Assembly: GCA_034189385.1 (NCBI GenBank)
Contig: JAXHVD010000001.1
Span: 192,001-256,000 of the forward strand
DNA from: Thermodesulfobacteriota bacterium
GTDB taxonomy: Bacteria > Desulfobacterota > Desulfobacteria > Desulfobacterales > C00003060
Length of the DNA stretch: 64,000 nt
Direction of reading: 5' to 3'
Below the pieces are notes generated by a model, which saw only the letters and a program-made list of their open reading frames with translations, was not told where the DNA came from and searched no databases. Shown here piece after piece: positions 9,992 to 20,363 of the stretch. Each line of letters begins with the position of its first letter. The first letter of the stretch is position 1. Position numbers and translations under genes: made by a program.

Positions 9992-11065
9992 ATGTCTTTG
10001 CCTCAAAAACGAAAACCGACCCGCCAGATATCCATCGGAGGAGTTCAAATAGGCGGTGGCGCCGAGATCACGGTGCAATCCATGACCAATACCTTTACCC
10101 ACGACGTCGCCGCCACTGTGGCGCAGATACATCGTCTAGAGGCCGTGGGTTGTGAGCTGGTGCGGGTGGCCGTACCAGACCAGGCGGCTGTCGAGGCGAT
10201 TGCACCGATTAAAGAGCAGACCTCTATCCCTCTGATTGCAGATATCCATTTTGACTATCGCCTGGCCTTGGCCGCTATCAGGGCTGGCGCAGATGCCTTG
10301 CGGATCAATCCGGGAAATATTGGCGGGGCAAAGAAGGTAAAGGCCGTGGCCGAGCTGGCTGCCGAACGGAGCATCCCCATTCGCGTGGGCGTGAATGCCG
10401 GTTCCCTTGAAAGGGACCTCCTTAAGAAATTCGGGGCTGCAACAGCTGAAGCCATGGTGGAGAGCGCACTGCGGCACATTCAACTCCTCCAATCATTGGA
10501 CTTTCACGACATAAAGCTTTCTATCAAGGCATCTGACGTAGCCCGCACTGTGGAAGCCTATCGACTTCTGTCTTCTGAAACGGATTTTCCCCTTCATGTA
10601 GGTGTTACAGAGGCTGGAAGTCTGGTCACCGGTACCGTGAAGTCAGCCCTTGGCATTGGAATGCTTCTTGCTGAAGGCATCGGAGATACCATTCGCGTTT
10701 CTCTCACCCGAGATCCGGTGGACGAAGTCCGGGTAGGCTTTGAGATCTTAAAGGCCTTAAGGATCCGACAGCGTGGGCCGGAGATTGTGTCCTGTCCAAC
10801 CTGTGGCCGGTGTCAGATCAACCTGGTGGAGGTGGTGGAGCGGGTGGAGTCGGCCATGCTCACCAAGACCACCCCCGTGCGGCTTGCTATCATGGGGTGT
10901 GTAGTGAACGGACCGGGCGAGGCACGAGAGGCAGACATCGGCATCGCAGGAGGGAAGGGACACGGGGTATTGTTCAAAAAGGGAAAAGTAGTGCGCAAAG
11001 TGAAAGAAGAGAGACTGGTTGAAACGCTTTTTGAAGAAGTGGAGGCATACGAAAGAAGGGACTAG
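9992..11065 (+). CDS. ispG: 4-hydroxy-3-methylbut-2-en-1-yl diphosphate synthase
   Basis: VQSMTNT, ADIHFDY, RINPGNIG, HVGVTEAG, CPTCGR, MGCVVNGPGEA. Confidence 0.97.
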   Translation: MSLPQKRKPTRQISIGGVQIGGGAEITVQSMTNTFTHDVAATVAQIHRLEAVGCELVRVAVPDQAAVEAIAPIKEQTSIPLIADIHFDYRLALAAIRAGADALRINPGNIGGAKKVKAVAELAAERSIPIRVGVNAGSLERDLLKKFGAATAEAMVESALRHIQLLQSLDFHDIKLSIKASDVARTVEAYRLLSSETDFPLHVGVTEAGSLVTGTVKSALGIGMLLAEGIGDTIRVSLTRDPVDEVRVGFEILKALRIRQRGPEIVSCPTCGRCQINLVEVVERVESAMLTKTTPVRLAIMGCVVNGPGEAREADIGIAGGKGHGVLFKKGKVVRKVKEERLVETLFEEVEAYERRD

Positions 11066-11066
11066 C

Positions 11067-12584
11067 ATGGCAAAAGGACAGAAGACAGCCATTTCGCCAA
11101 CGCGGCACGAAGACTATCCGGTATGGTATCAACAGGTTATTAAGGAATCGGACATGGCAGAGAACTCGCCTGTCAGGGGATGTATGGTCATCAAACCGTG
11201 GGGCTATGCCCTATGGGAAAACATAAAAGAGATCCTCGATGGCCTGTTCAAGGAAACAGGGGTCAAGAATGCCTATTTCCCCCTCTTCATACCGAAGCGG
11301 TTTCTTGAAAAAGAGGCCGAACATGTGGAAGGCTTTGCCAAGGAGTGTGCGGTGGTTACCCATCACCGTTTGGAAGTTGCCCCAGACGGTGGGCTGATCC
11401 CTGCGGGCCCTATTGAGGAACCTCTGGTTGTGAGACCCACTTCTGAGACGATAATAGGAGAATCCTTTTCCCGGTGGGTCAGCAGCTACCGGGACCTGCC
11501 CCTCCTGGTGAATCAATGGTGCAATGTGGTCAGATGGGAAATGAGGACGCGCATCTTCTTAAGGACCAGTGAGTTTCTGTGGCAAGAAGGGCACACGGCC
11601 CATGTCAGCCCTAAAGAGGCCATGGACCGGACCCTTCAGATGCTGGACATTTACGAAAAGGTCACAAGGGACTACCTTGCCCTGCCCGTTATCAAAGGCG
11701 AAAAAACAGCGTCTGAACGATTTCCTGGGGCGGTGAACAGCTTTACGCTTGAAGCAATGATGCAGGATCGAAAGGCTCTGCAGGCGGGCACTTCCCACTT
11801 TCTTGGACAGAATTTCGCCAAGGCCTCTCAGATCAAGTACCAATCGGCAAAAGAGAAAGAAGAATATGCCTGGACCACTTCCTGGGGTGTTTCCACCCGT
11901 TTGATTGGCGCTATTATCATGACACACAGCGATGACAACGGGCTGGTTCTGCCACCGGCCATCGCGTCCTCGCATGTGGTTATTATGCCCATCGCAAAAA
12001 AGGCAGAGGACAAGGCCTCTGTCATGGACTACACGCATAGATTGGCTCAAGAGCTAAGAGCCATCACCTACCATCACCGAAAGATTATGGTCGAGATCGA
12101 TGAGAGGGAAACCGGGGGCAGGGGATGGGATTGGATCAAGAAAGGGATACCTCTGCGGGTGGAGATAGGTCCCAGAGACATTGCCCAAGATGCTGTTTTT
12201 GTGGGACGAAGGGACAGGGGCCCCAAAGACAAGGAATCGATCGGCCGTCAGGAGTTTGTGGCGACCATTGTGCATGTCTTGGACGACATCCAAAGCCAGC
12301 TTTTTGATCGGGCCATGCGATACCGCGATGAACATACCGTACCGATCAATTCAACAGATGAATTCTATGCCTTTTTTACACCCCAGGATGCCAAAAGGCC
12401 TGAGATCCACGGAGGCTTTGCACGCTCCCATTGGTGCGGAGGCGAAGGGTGTGAGGAAAAGATCAAAGATGACTTGAGCGTGACGATCCGTTGCATTCCC
12501 CTTGAAGGCGAAACCGAAACCGGGACTTGCGTGGTCTGTGGGGGAAAGAGCAGCAAACGCGTGGTTTTTGCTAAGGCGTACTAG
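11067..12584 (+). CDS. proS: Proline--tRNA ligase, archaeal/eukaryotic type
   Basis: RPTSETII, VVRWEMRTRIFLRTSEFLWQEGHT, QAGTSHFLGQNF, C-terminal FAKAY. Confidence 0.96.
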   Translation: MAKGQKTAISPTRHEDYPVWYQQVIKESDMAENSPVRGCMVIKPWGYALWENIKEILDGLFKETGVKNAYFPLFIPKRFLEKEAEHVEGFAKECAVVTHHRLEVAPDGGLIPAGPIEEPLVVRPTSETIIGESFSRWVSSYRDLPLLVNQWCNVVRWEMRTRIFLRTSEFLWQEGHTAHVSPKEAMDRTLQMLDIYEKVTRDYLALPVIKGEKTASERFPGAVNSFTLEAMMQDRKALQAGTSHFLGQNFAKASQIKYQSAKEKEEYAWTTSWGVSTRLIGAIIMTHSDDNGLVLPPAIASSHVVIMPIAKKAEDKASVMDYTHRLAQELRAITYHHRKIMVEIDERETGGRGWDWIKKGIPLRVEIGPRDIAQDAVFVGRRDRGPKDKESIGRQEFVATIVHVLDDIQSQLFDRAMRYRDEHTVPINSTDEFYAFFTPQDAKRPEIHGGFARSHWCGGEGCEEKIKDDLSVTIRCIPLEGETETGTCVVCGGKSSKRVVFAKAY

Positions 12585-12718
12585 TCCTATTTGCAGGAGC
12601 CCACTTCATATCAATCATGCCTGATTTCGAACTGTTAAGGGAGACATTACCCTTTCCACTGGCAGCTGGCGCAGCCAGTGGATTGCCACCATTTTAATGC
12701 TCAGATGTGCCACTGACT

Positions 12719-14863
12719 ATGATCCGCATCACCGACATCTTAGACGCCATCAGTGCCTATTACCCGGAGGGAGATTTGGATTTGGTAGAACGGGCCTATG
12801 TCTATTCTGCCCGCGTCCATGAAGGTCAGGTGAGACTCTCGGGCGAACCGTATCTTTCCCATCCCTTGGAAGTGGCCGGGCTATTGACAGAGTTAAAGCT
12901 GGACACAGTCAGTGTGGCCGCTGGGCTCCTCCACGATGTATTGGAAGACACCGATGCCACTGCTGAGAGACTGACAGAGATGTTTGGTCCCCGGGTCACC
13001 CATATTGTGGAAGGTGTGACCAAGTTGGGCAGTCTCTCCTTTAGGAGCTCTGAGGCCCGGCAGGCTGAGAGCATACGCAAGATGATTCTGGCCATGGCCG
13101 ATGACATACGGGTCATTTTGATCAAGCTCTGTGACAGACTCCACAACATGCGGACCCTTCGGTTCCAAAAGGAGCATAAGCAGATTAAGATAGCCCAGGA
13201 AACCGTTGACATCTATGTTCCTATTGCAAATCGCTTGGGCATTTACTGGATGAAGAACGAGTTGGAGGACATCTCATTTTTGTACCTTCTTCCTCACGAA
13301 TACCGAGATATTGCAGGCCAAGTGGCCAGAAAGAGCGAAGAACAACAAAAATACATTGAAACCATCAAAGAGATTATCGGAAACAAGATGGCCGAGGCCG
13401 GCATCAACTGTGAAGTGGAGGGGCGCCACAAACATTTCTACGGGATTTACCAGAAGATGGTAGCCCAACAGGTGAGCTTTGAGGATGTGTATGACATCCT
13501 GGGCTTTCGCATCATTCTTGATACGGTCCAGCAATGCTACGAGGCCTTGGGGGTCCTTCATTCTATCTGGAAACCCATTCCAAAGCGTTTCAAGGATCAT
13601 ATAGGCATTCCCAAGCCGAACATGTACCAATCCCTTCACACCACCGTCATAGGGCCGTTTGGCGAGCGGGTGGAGATTCAGATCCGCACCAAAGAGATGG
13701 ACCGGGTGGCGAGAGACGGCATTGCTGCCCACTGGCAATACAAAGAGGGAGAGGCCTTTGACAAGAACGACAGTCAGGTTTTCGCCTGGCTCCGAAAGCT
13801 TGTGGAGGAGCAGAAGCATGTTCAAGACCCGCAAGAGTTCATGGAGACCGTGCGGATCGAGCTGTTCCCCAACGAGGTCTATGTGTTCACCCCTCAGGGC
13901 GACGTGTTGAGCCTGCCCAAAGGGGCCACCCCCGTCGATTTTGCCTATGCCATCCATTCTGAGGTAGGCAATCAGTGTATGGGCGCCAAGGTGGATGGGC
14001 GCATGGTGCCTCTGAAGTACCAACTGAAGACCGGACAGAGGGTGGAGATTTCCACCTCTTCTAAGCACAGACCCAGCAAAGACTGGCTGAGCTTTGTAAA
14101 GACAGCAAAGGCCCGTTCTCGCATACGCCAACACATCAAGGCCGAGGAAAGAAAACAGAGTCTGGAACTTGGCCATGAGATGTGCGAGAAGGCCTTTCGG
14201 AAATACCACTTGAGTTTCAACAAGCAGTTGAAATCAAGTGAGATGGCAAAAGCCATCCAGGACCTTGGCTACAAGACGGCCGATGACCTTATTGCCGGTG
14301 TGGGATATGGCAAAGTCACAGCCCTTCAGGTGGTCAGGTATTTTGTTCCCAAGTCGGAACTGAAGGAGACAAAAGAGAGCATCGTCGGAAAACTGAAGCA
14401 GCGTATCCGGGGCAAGAAGCCTAAGTCAGGTATTCTCGTCAGGGGGGTGGATGACGTACTGATCCGCTATGGCAAGTGTTGCAGCCCTCTGCCCGGCGAC
14501 CCTGTCGTTGGATATATTACCCGGGGGCAGGGCGTCACAGTGCACCGTAAGTCGTGCCCCCATGCCCTCAGTATGGACTCAGACCGTCGGATTGAACTCG
14601 AGTGGGTACCGGAGTCGGATGAAGTCTATCCTGTGACGATCCACGTTCTTTGTCAGGATAAGATGGGACTTCTTGCAAACATCACTGCTGTGTTGAGTGA
14701 GGGGGCGGCAAATATACTCAATGCCACCGTAAAGACCCTTGCAGACGGCCGGGCAGAGTGCTACTTCACCGTTTCTGTATCAGGCGCCGAGCACTTGGAC
14801 AAACTCATGAAATCCGTTCACAAGATTAAGTACGTCATAAAGGTGAGCAGGCTGGCGGCCTAG
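12719..14863 (+). CDS. rel: Bifunctional (p)ppGpp synthetase/hydrolase, long RSH
   Basis: HD motif LLHDVLED, RFKD synthetase motif, YQSLHT, TGS (TPVDFAY), CCSPLPGD, C-terminal ACT domain; alternative GTG start at 12707. Confidence 0.95.
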   Translation: MIRITDILDAISAYYPEGDLDLVERAYVYSARVHEGQVRLSGEPYLSHPLEVAGLLTELKLDTVSVAAGLLHDVLEDTDATAERLTEMFGPRVTHIVEGVTKLGSLSFRSSEARQAESIRKMILAMADDIRVILIKLCDRLHNMRTLRFQKEHKQIKIAQETVDIYVPIANRLGIYWMKNELEDISFLYLLPHEYRDIAGQVARKSEEQQKYIETIKEIIGNKMAEAGINCEVEGRHKHFYGIYQKMVAQQVSFEDVYDILGFRIILDTVQQCYEALGVLHSIWKPIPKRFKDHIGIPKPNMYQSLHTTVIGPFGERVEIQIRTKEMDRVARDGIAAHWQYKEGEAFDKNDSQVFAWLRKLVEEQKHVQDPQEFMETVRIELFPNEVYVFTPQGDVLSLPKGATPVDFAYAIHSEVGNQCMGAKVDGRMVPLKYQLKTGQRVEISTSSKHRPSKDWLSFVKTAKARSRIRQHIKAEERKQSLELGHEMCEKAFRKYHLSFNKQLKSSEMAKAIQDLGYKTADDLIAGVGYGKVTALQVVRYFVPKSELKETKESIVGKLKQRIRGKKPKSGILVRGVDDVLIRYGKCCSPLPGDPVVGYITRGQGVTVHRKSCPHALSMDSDRRIELEWVPESDEVYPVTIHVLCQDKMGLLANITAVLSEGAANILNATVKTLADGRAECYFTVSVSGAEHLDKLMKSVHKIKYVIKVSRLAA

Positions 14864-14882
14864 TGTCAATAGACAGGCCGGT

Positions 14883-15074
14883 TCAGGCCGGCTTTACGAC
14901 CAAGCCGGAACGGAGGCACCTTGTACATACCTTGATGCGCTTGACTCGGCCGTTGCTGATGGCGCGAACGCGCTGTAGATTTGGGTAGAAGCGTCGTTTG
15001 GTCAGGTTGTGGGCATGACTGACATGGTGACCGGTCATAGGTTTTTTTCCACATATTTCACAGACTTTCGCCAT
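14883..15074 (-). CDS. rpmB: 50S ribosomal protein L28 (zinc-ribbon form)
   Basis: [10 protein letters not shown]...[17 protein letters not shown]...[17 protein letters not shown]. Confidence 0.97.
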   Translation of the reverse strand: MAKVCEICGKKPMTGHHVSHAHNLTKRRFYPNLQRVRAISNGRVKRIKVCTRCLRSGLVVKPA

Positions 15075-15221
15075 AATATCAAGACCTCCAAAGTTCAAAA
15101 AAGTTGCCCCTATCATGCTAAAACACTTACATCTATCATTTAAATAGCCATTTTGCAAACTTTTTTTACCCATAAGGTGTCACACTGCAACGTGTGTCTC
15201 CCTTTTCACTCTGGCAGCGTT

Positions 15222-15677
15222 TTATGACTTATTACTGTCGGCGCTTATTGCCCGGGCTCTAACCTCCTCAACTTGTATTCCTTCCCGCACAAAGAGGGCC
15301 GCTGCCACACCGATGGGTCGTTTCCGCTCACCTGAACGGCCCCCTAAGCCTCAAGAAGGGCTCTTGTCTTTCAGAAAGCAGATCTCAATCTTATTTTTCT
15401 TGATCATGTCAAGGGCGGCAAAGGCACCGTTGACAAAGGCCGTGGTCACGTCGTCACCGGCAGGGGTGACGACCCTGGCCCGACCCTCTAAGACATCAAA
15501 GCCGTCGCCTCCGTCAAGGTCTGAGCGTGGCCTGGGGGTGGGCAGCCCTCCGAGTTCTTCAGGGCAGAGAGCAAGCACGGCTCCCTCAGAGATCCTCTCT
15601 AGGAGGGCCGGGCTGGGACTGGTCCGGCCATCGTAACGGCAATAGTGGCCCAGAAGGCAGGCACTTGCAGCAATCAT
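15222..15677 (-). CDS. DUF523/TudS (thiouracil desulfidase family) protein, predicted selenoprotein (Sec at UGA 15351-15353)
   Basis: SACLLG..CRYDG, LCPEELGGLPTPR, LKDKSPS-UGA-G; the frame continues with family-like GVAAALFVREGIQV to TAA at 15222; GGAGGAG RBS. Confidence 0.85.
15324..15350 (-). promoter_or_regulatory. Putative bacterial SECIS element
   Basis: 11 nt after the UGA: stem CCGUUC/GAGCGG with apical loop AGGU. Confidence 0.7.
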
Positions 15678-15990
15678 CACAAAAACTCCTCCATGGTTTT
15701 TACAAAGACCGCTAGAGTTATTTCCTGGCCCTTTCAAGGTTCCCTGTGCGGCAAAACAAGGTCGACGCTTTCTTCACTCTTCTCACGGCGGCAGAAGGTG
15801 CAGACAATATAGGGCCGACCAAGAAAAGGCAAGCGTATTTGTCCTCCCTTGCGGGCGGAGGGCGTCACTATTTCCTTGAGAACCATCCAGGGGCCATGTA
15901 GGATGCTTTCCGTCTTTTGAAAGGGCGCTGGATGGCGTCTGCAGGCAGCCAAGAAGAAATTGGCATTTCAGTCAGTTCAGAGGAAAGCCT

Positions 15991-16773
15991 TTGCTTGAGC
16001 ATACCTTTATTCATATTTCGGGCATCGGGCAAAAGACAGAGCAGCGTCTCTGGCAGAGAGAGATCCTCACGTGGGAGGCATTTCTCACCCATGGAGACAA
16101 GGGCCTTTTCTCTCCAGCTCGGCATGCCTACGTGCGACGCAACATAGAAGCCTCCATAGAGAACCGGGATGACATCCGCTTCTTTCAGGACCGTCTGTCT
16201 TCGGCTCACATGTGGCGGGTTTTTGACAGGTTCCGTCATCGGGCCATTTACCTTGACATCGAAACCAGCGGTGGAGGCGGCAACGAGGAAGAGATAACGG
16301 TGATAGGCCTCTATGACGGTTTCTCCGTCCAGACCTTTGTAAATGGCATGAACTTGAAAGACTTTGAACCGGCAGTGGCACGGTACGACCTGGTCATCAC
16401 CTTTAACGGAAGCCAGTTTGATCTTCCTGTTATCAGGCGTCACTTCCCGCACATCGCCCTTCCGCCTGCCCACATTGATCTGCGCTTTTTGTTGAAAAGA
16501 CTGGGTTATGGCGGTGGTCTTAAGGCCATTGAGAAACGTTTTGGCCTGGCCCGTGATGGAGAAATTGATGGTTTGAACGGCTACGACGCAGTCATGCTCT
16601 GGAATGCCTACACATGGGGAGACCAAAGCGCCTTGGACCGCCTGATTCAATATAACACGGCAGACATCGTTCACCTGAAGCCCCTCATGGAAAAGGGGTA
16701 CCAGGAGACCAAGGCACGGTTATTGTTCCCAGGACCATCACCACCGCCGGCCCTTGGGGCCTGTCGGCTTTGA
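15991..16773 (+). CDS. RNase H-like 3'-5' exonuclease (YprB/RNase_H_2 family)
   Basis: YLDIETSG, ITFNGSQFDLP, HIDLR, GGLKAIE, YNTADI. Confidence 0.88.
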   Translation: MLEHTFIHISGIGQKTEQRLWQREILTWEAFLTHGDKGLFSPARHAYVRRNIEASIENRDDIRFFQDRLSSAHMWRVFDRFRHRAIYLDIETSGGGGNEEEITVIGLYDGFSVQTFVNGMNLKDFEPAVARYDLVITFNGSQFDLPVIRRHFPHIALPPAHIDLRFLLKRLGYGGGLKAIEKRFGLARDGEIDGLNGYDAVMLWNAYTWGDQSALDRLIQYNTADIVHLKPLMEKGYQETKARLLFPGPSPPPALGACRL

Positions 16774-16915
16774 GGGAGGTAGAGGCTGATGGAAAATGCA
16801 CATGTTCAAGTCATCCCTTTCTCTTCAAGCTCAGAAGCTCAGAGGCTAAAGAATCAGGCGTACTGAAGTGTTATTAGAGCAAATAGAAGGAGATCGGCAG
16901 AGACAAGGAGATCTT

Positions 16916-17392
16916 ATGGATGCAGGCGCTCTTAGTGCGTATTTTAAGAAATGCTTTCTGGCCGCAGATGGCCTGTGGTTTATGATGCTGGAAAAGGAGG
17001 ACTCCTTCGACAAGGCCCTTAAGATTGATAGAAAGGTGTGGGAGATCCTTCCCAAGATTCAGGCTAGAAAGATAAAGGAGCTATTTAATCTCAAGGGCGA
17101 ACATCAAGGGGACCTCCTCAAGGCCCTTGAATTCAAGTTGAGGGCCGAGGATTTCTTAAGCGACATCCAGTGCCAAGACGGTCGCATCAAGATTACCATC
17201 AGAAAATGTCCTTGGCTTGCACTGTTAAGAAAATCCCGGAGGGAGCACTTGGCAGAGAAAATCAGTGATGCCATATGCACGATAGAGTACGCGACGTTCG
17301 CCAACGAGTTTGTGAAGGGCTTAGACTTTCAGATCACATCAAGGCGTTGTTCCGGCAATGAGGTCTGTGCCTTCCTCCTTGGGCGGCCCTAA
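16916..17392 (+). CDS. DUF6125-like hypothetical protein
   Basis: AADGLWF...IDRKVW...IQARKIK, CPW and C-terminal Cys; paralog at 45985-46503. Confidence 0.7.
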   Translation: MDAGALSAYFKKCFLAADGLWFMMLEKEDSFDKALKIDRKVWEILPKIQARKIKELFNLKGEHQGDLLKALEFKLRAEDFLSDIQCQDGRIKITIRKCPWLALLRKSRREHLAEKISDAICTIEYATFANEFVKGLDFQITSRRCSGNEVCAFLLGRP

Positions 17393-17466
17393 CCAGCCAC
17401 ACCCAGCTGGCCCCCTGGTGATGACAACATCTGATTCATGGAAGGCCAGGTTGGCTGAACGCGCCC

Positions 17467-18114
17467 TCAAGCGACCAGAACAGAGGCCAGCCTCTGTACG
17501 CCCACGAATCCGAACCAGAAACCAAAAAGAGTCAAGGTGCAAGCACAGAGGCCTATAACCCCTTTATAGGTCTTGTCCCCAATGAACCATCGCCCCTTTG
17601 AAACAGCAAAAGAGACCGCAAGGTACCACCCAAAATCGGCGGAAATATGCCCGGAGAAAAAGGCAATCACGCCTACCGTCCCGAACTCCATGGCGTAGAT
17701 GATATAACCTAGTCCGATCGTCGCCCACCATATGAACCAGTAAGGGTTTGCAAGGGTCATCAGAATTCCCGATAGAACGGGATGGGTCCCAGAGGAGGCA
17801 TTCGGTTCCAAATTTAGCGTCAGGGACGGAATGGACCGAAACATATTAATAGCCATCCATATTAAGATCAAAGCTCCCAAGAATCCAATCACACCAAAGA
17901 CCAGGTCTTGCCTCAGGTAGGGCCCGAGTCCGAGGAGTAATAGGACAACTAGACACAGCTCAAGTATGCCGTGGCCCAGAATGATCAGCGGACCTGCCCA
18001 AATCCCCCGCTTGGAACTCTCGCTGATGGTGACCGTCAAGACAGGGCCTGGCATAAGGGCGCCTGACAAGGCGAGCACAAAGGAGGTCCCAAAAATACCA
18101 AGAAGAACCATCAT
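17467..18114 (-). CDS. LysE family translocator
   Basis: SGALMPGP, GHGILE, NPYWFIWW; multiple TM helices. Confidence 0.9.
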   Translation of the reverse strand: MMVLLGIFGTSFVLALSGALMPGPVLTVTISESSKRGIWAGPLIILGHGILELCLVVLLLLGLGPYLRQDLVFGVIGFLGALILIWMAINMFRSIPSLTLNLEPNASSGTHPVLSGILMTLANPYWFIWWATIGLGYIIYAMEFGTVGVIAFFSGHISADFGWYLAVSFAVSKGRWFIGDKTYKGVIGLCACTLTLFGFWFGFVGVQRLASVLVA

Positions 18115-18379
18115 GAAATCTTTGTATCAGAAAACCTCCTCACCCGAAAGAAGAATAGATTTGGGAGCAACATTTAGACTGATTTTTTAGCTGCCTACCG
18201 GGGGTGTTTGCCTTAACCTTCAAAGGTCACCGATAAATTGCCCTATGGAGGCACAAAACACTTGACTTTTACAACCACGTATTTTAAAAGGCGTAACTTG
18301 CGTCCTTATTGCCTTGTTGATGCGGGGATCTCGTTCTTCTCTTGACTGCTTCGATTCCGAGTCTGGTACGGGATAGGTC

Positions 18380-18685
18380 ATGAACATATTGCGTGTTAAG
18401 TGTGTCAGGTGCGGTAAAGAGTGGCAAAAGGGCTCTAAGGTCTCATGGGGACCAGAGGATATCAGCTCATCCCTTTGCAATGCTTGCTTCAGAGAAGTCA
18501 TCTCACCGATCATTCGCAAGAAACAACTCAGAGAAGGCAATTTCGACTGCTTTGGTAAAGCGGGCGCCTATTGCGATCAACTTGAATGCAAGTATAGGGA
18601 GTGGTGCCTGCGCATGGAAGAGGTGGAGAAGACCCACGACGATCAAGAAAAAGGAAGTCGAGCCAGGGCAGGGGTTAGCCGTTGA
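18380..18685 (+). CDS. Cys-rich hypothetical protein
   Basis: CVRC...CNAC N-terminus plus QLREGNFDCFGKA..YCDQLECKYREWCL C-terminal module. Confidence 0.75.
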   Translation: MNILRVKCVRCGKEWQKGSKVSWGPEDISSSLCNACFREVISPIIRKKQLREGNFDCFGKAGAYCDQLECKYREWCLRMEEVEKTHDDQEKGSRARAGVSR

Positions 18686-18833
18686 TACTCTGCCTCTTTG
18701 ATGACTACATCTGCTACCCTAACAACATTCACCGTTTTACTTGCATCGTTTTCTTCTTTTTCCTCATGGCCAAGCCACCTGCAATGATCGACTACCAGTA
18801 AGGTCCACAGTTTTACCCCAACGCTGAAAAAGG

Positions 18834-20120
18834 TTACGAATGGCCCCTTTCATCAAAAACTCGCTTGCTCTTTCTTTCTGTGCGGGGAAGGGTGCCGTGG
18901 TCAACCAATTCCACCCTGCCTCGTACAAGCAGGTGTCGCCTGATGGCGTCTTCCAGTCCAGCTGCGATGGCGTCGTCCTTAGAAGAATCTGTGGCTTCGG
19001 CCCGCTCCACCCGAATCATCATGTGGTCCAGTCCGTCCCTGCGTGTCAGTCTAACCTGGTATTCACTGCCTACCTTGTCTTCCTCAGAAAGGAGATGATC
19101 GATCTGGCCTGGATAGATGTTTACTCCCCGGATGATAAACATGTCGTCTGTGCGGCCCAGTAGAGGGCCGTGCATGGGAAGTACGCTTCCACAAGAGCAT
19201 GGTTCAGGTATCAAATGGGTCAAGTCCCGCGTCCGGTATCGGATAAGGGGTGTTGCCTCCTTGCGTAGCGTGGTGACGACCATCTCACCCGTTTCCCCTG
19301 GCGGCAAAGGCTCCAATGTCTCAGGATCAATGATTTCCAGAATGTAGTAATCCGCCCAGAAATGAATCCCCTCATGCTTTTCGCACTCAAGGCCTGAGCC
19401 CGGTCCGTAAAGTTCTGTCAGCCCTGGAATGTCGAAGCTTCCTTCAACTCCGAAATACTCCTCAATCTTGTGGCGCATGGTAGTGCTGTGGCGCTCGGCG
19501 CCAAATATCACCTTCTTCAGAGCAATTTTATCTGAAAGCCCTCGGCGGTGGATCTCCTCTGCCATCAAAAGACCCATGGATGCGGTGCAGCAGAACACGG
19601 TGCTTTGCAGGTCGACCATGACCTCACAATGCATGTCTCGATTTCCAGGTCCCACTGGTACGGCCATGGCCCCAAATCGTTCGCACCCGAGTTGAAAACC
19701 CACGCCGGCCGTCCAAAGCCCGTAACCCACTGCAATCTGCACCCGGTCTTCCCTGGTCAAGCCTGCCATTTCGTAGCACCTGGCAAACATGTCGGCCCAG
19801 TTGTGGAGATCTTTCTGGGTGTAACAAAGTACCTTCCTTTTTCCCGTGGTGCCGGACGATGAGTGGATGCGCACGACCTTTTCAAGGGGTACGGAAAGAA
19901 GCGGGAAGGGATAGTCGGCCCTGAGATCCTGGGCCGTGGTAAAGGGAAGCCTTTGTAGGTCATCGTAAGTGCTTACGTCATCTGGCTGCACACCCGCCTC
20001 ATCCAACTTGTTCCTGTAAAAAGAAGACCCCCCATAGGCATGGACCACTGTCCATTTGAGCCCTTGTAGCTGATAGGCCTCCAACTCCTTCTTTGAATGA
20101 AAATCCGGCATAAAGGTCAT
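18834..20120 (-). CDS. paaK: Phenylacetate--CoA ligase family (PaaK-like aryl-acetate CoA ligase)
   Basis: RIHSSSGTTGK, YGLWTAG, PLIRYRTRD, GRTDDMFIIRGVNIYP, KSKRV. Confidence 0.85.
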   Translation of the reverse strand: MTFMPDFHSKKELEAYQLQGLKWTVVHAYGGSSFYRNKLDEAGVQPDDVSTYDDLQRLPFTTAQDLRADYPFPLLSVPLEKVVRIHSSSGTTGKRKVLCYTQKDLHNWADMFARCYEMAGLTREDRVQIAVGYGLWTAGVGFQLGCERFGAMAVPVGPGNRDMHCEVMVDLQSTVFCCTASMGLLMAEEIHRRGLSDKIALKKVIFGAERHSTTMRHKIEEYFGVEGSFDIPGLTELYGPGSGLECEKHEGIHFWADYYILEIIDPETLEPLPPGETGEMVVTTLRKEATPLIRYRTRDLTHLIPEPCSCGSVLPMHGPLLGRTDDMFIIRGVNIYPGQIDHLLSEEDKVGSEYQVRLTRRDGLDHMMIRVERAEATDSSKDDAIAAGLEDAIRRHLLVRGRVELVDHGTLPRTERKSKRVFDERGHS

Positions 20121-20363
20121 ATGTCACCTCTCTCTGGGTCCCGTGATTTCTCGTTTGGCCCTTCCTAACATGAATAAAGGGTTTCCTGTCAAGAAGAAGG
20201 TCTTTTGTGACAAAGGCCATCTCCTTTCTTTGGGGATGGTTGTTTTTTTATTGACCGACCTTTGGTTCCAGAATAAGGTACAAGATGACGATCAATATTC
20301 CGGCAACTAGCTTATTTTAAAGCAAAATAATACTCCACCCAAAGGTTGAAAGGAGACCCAAAA

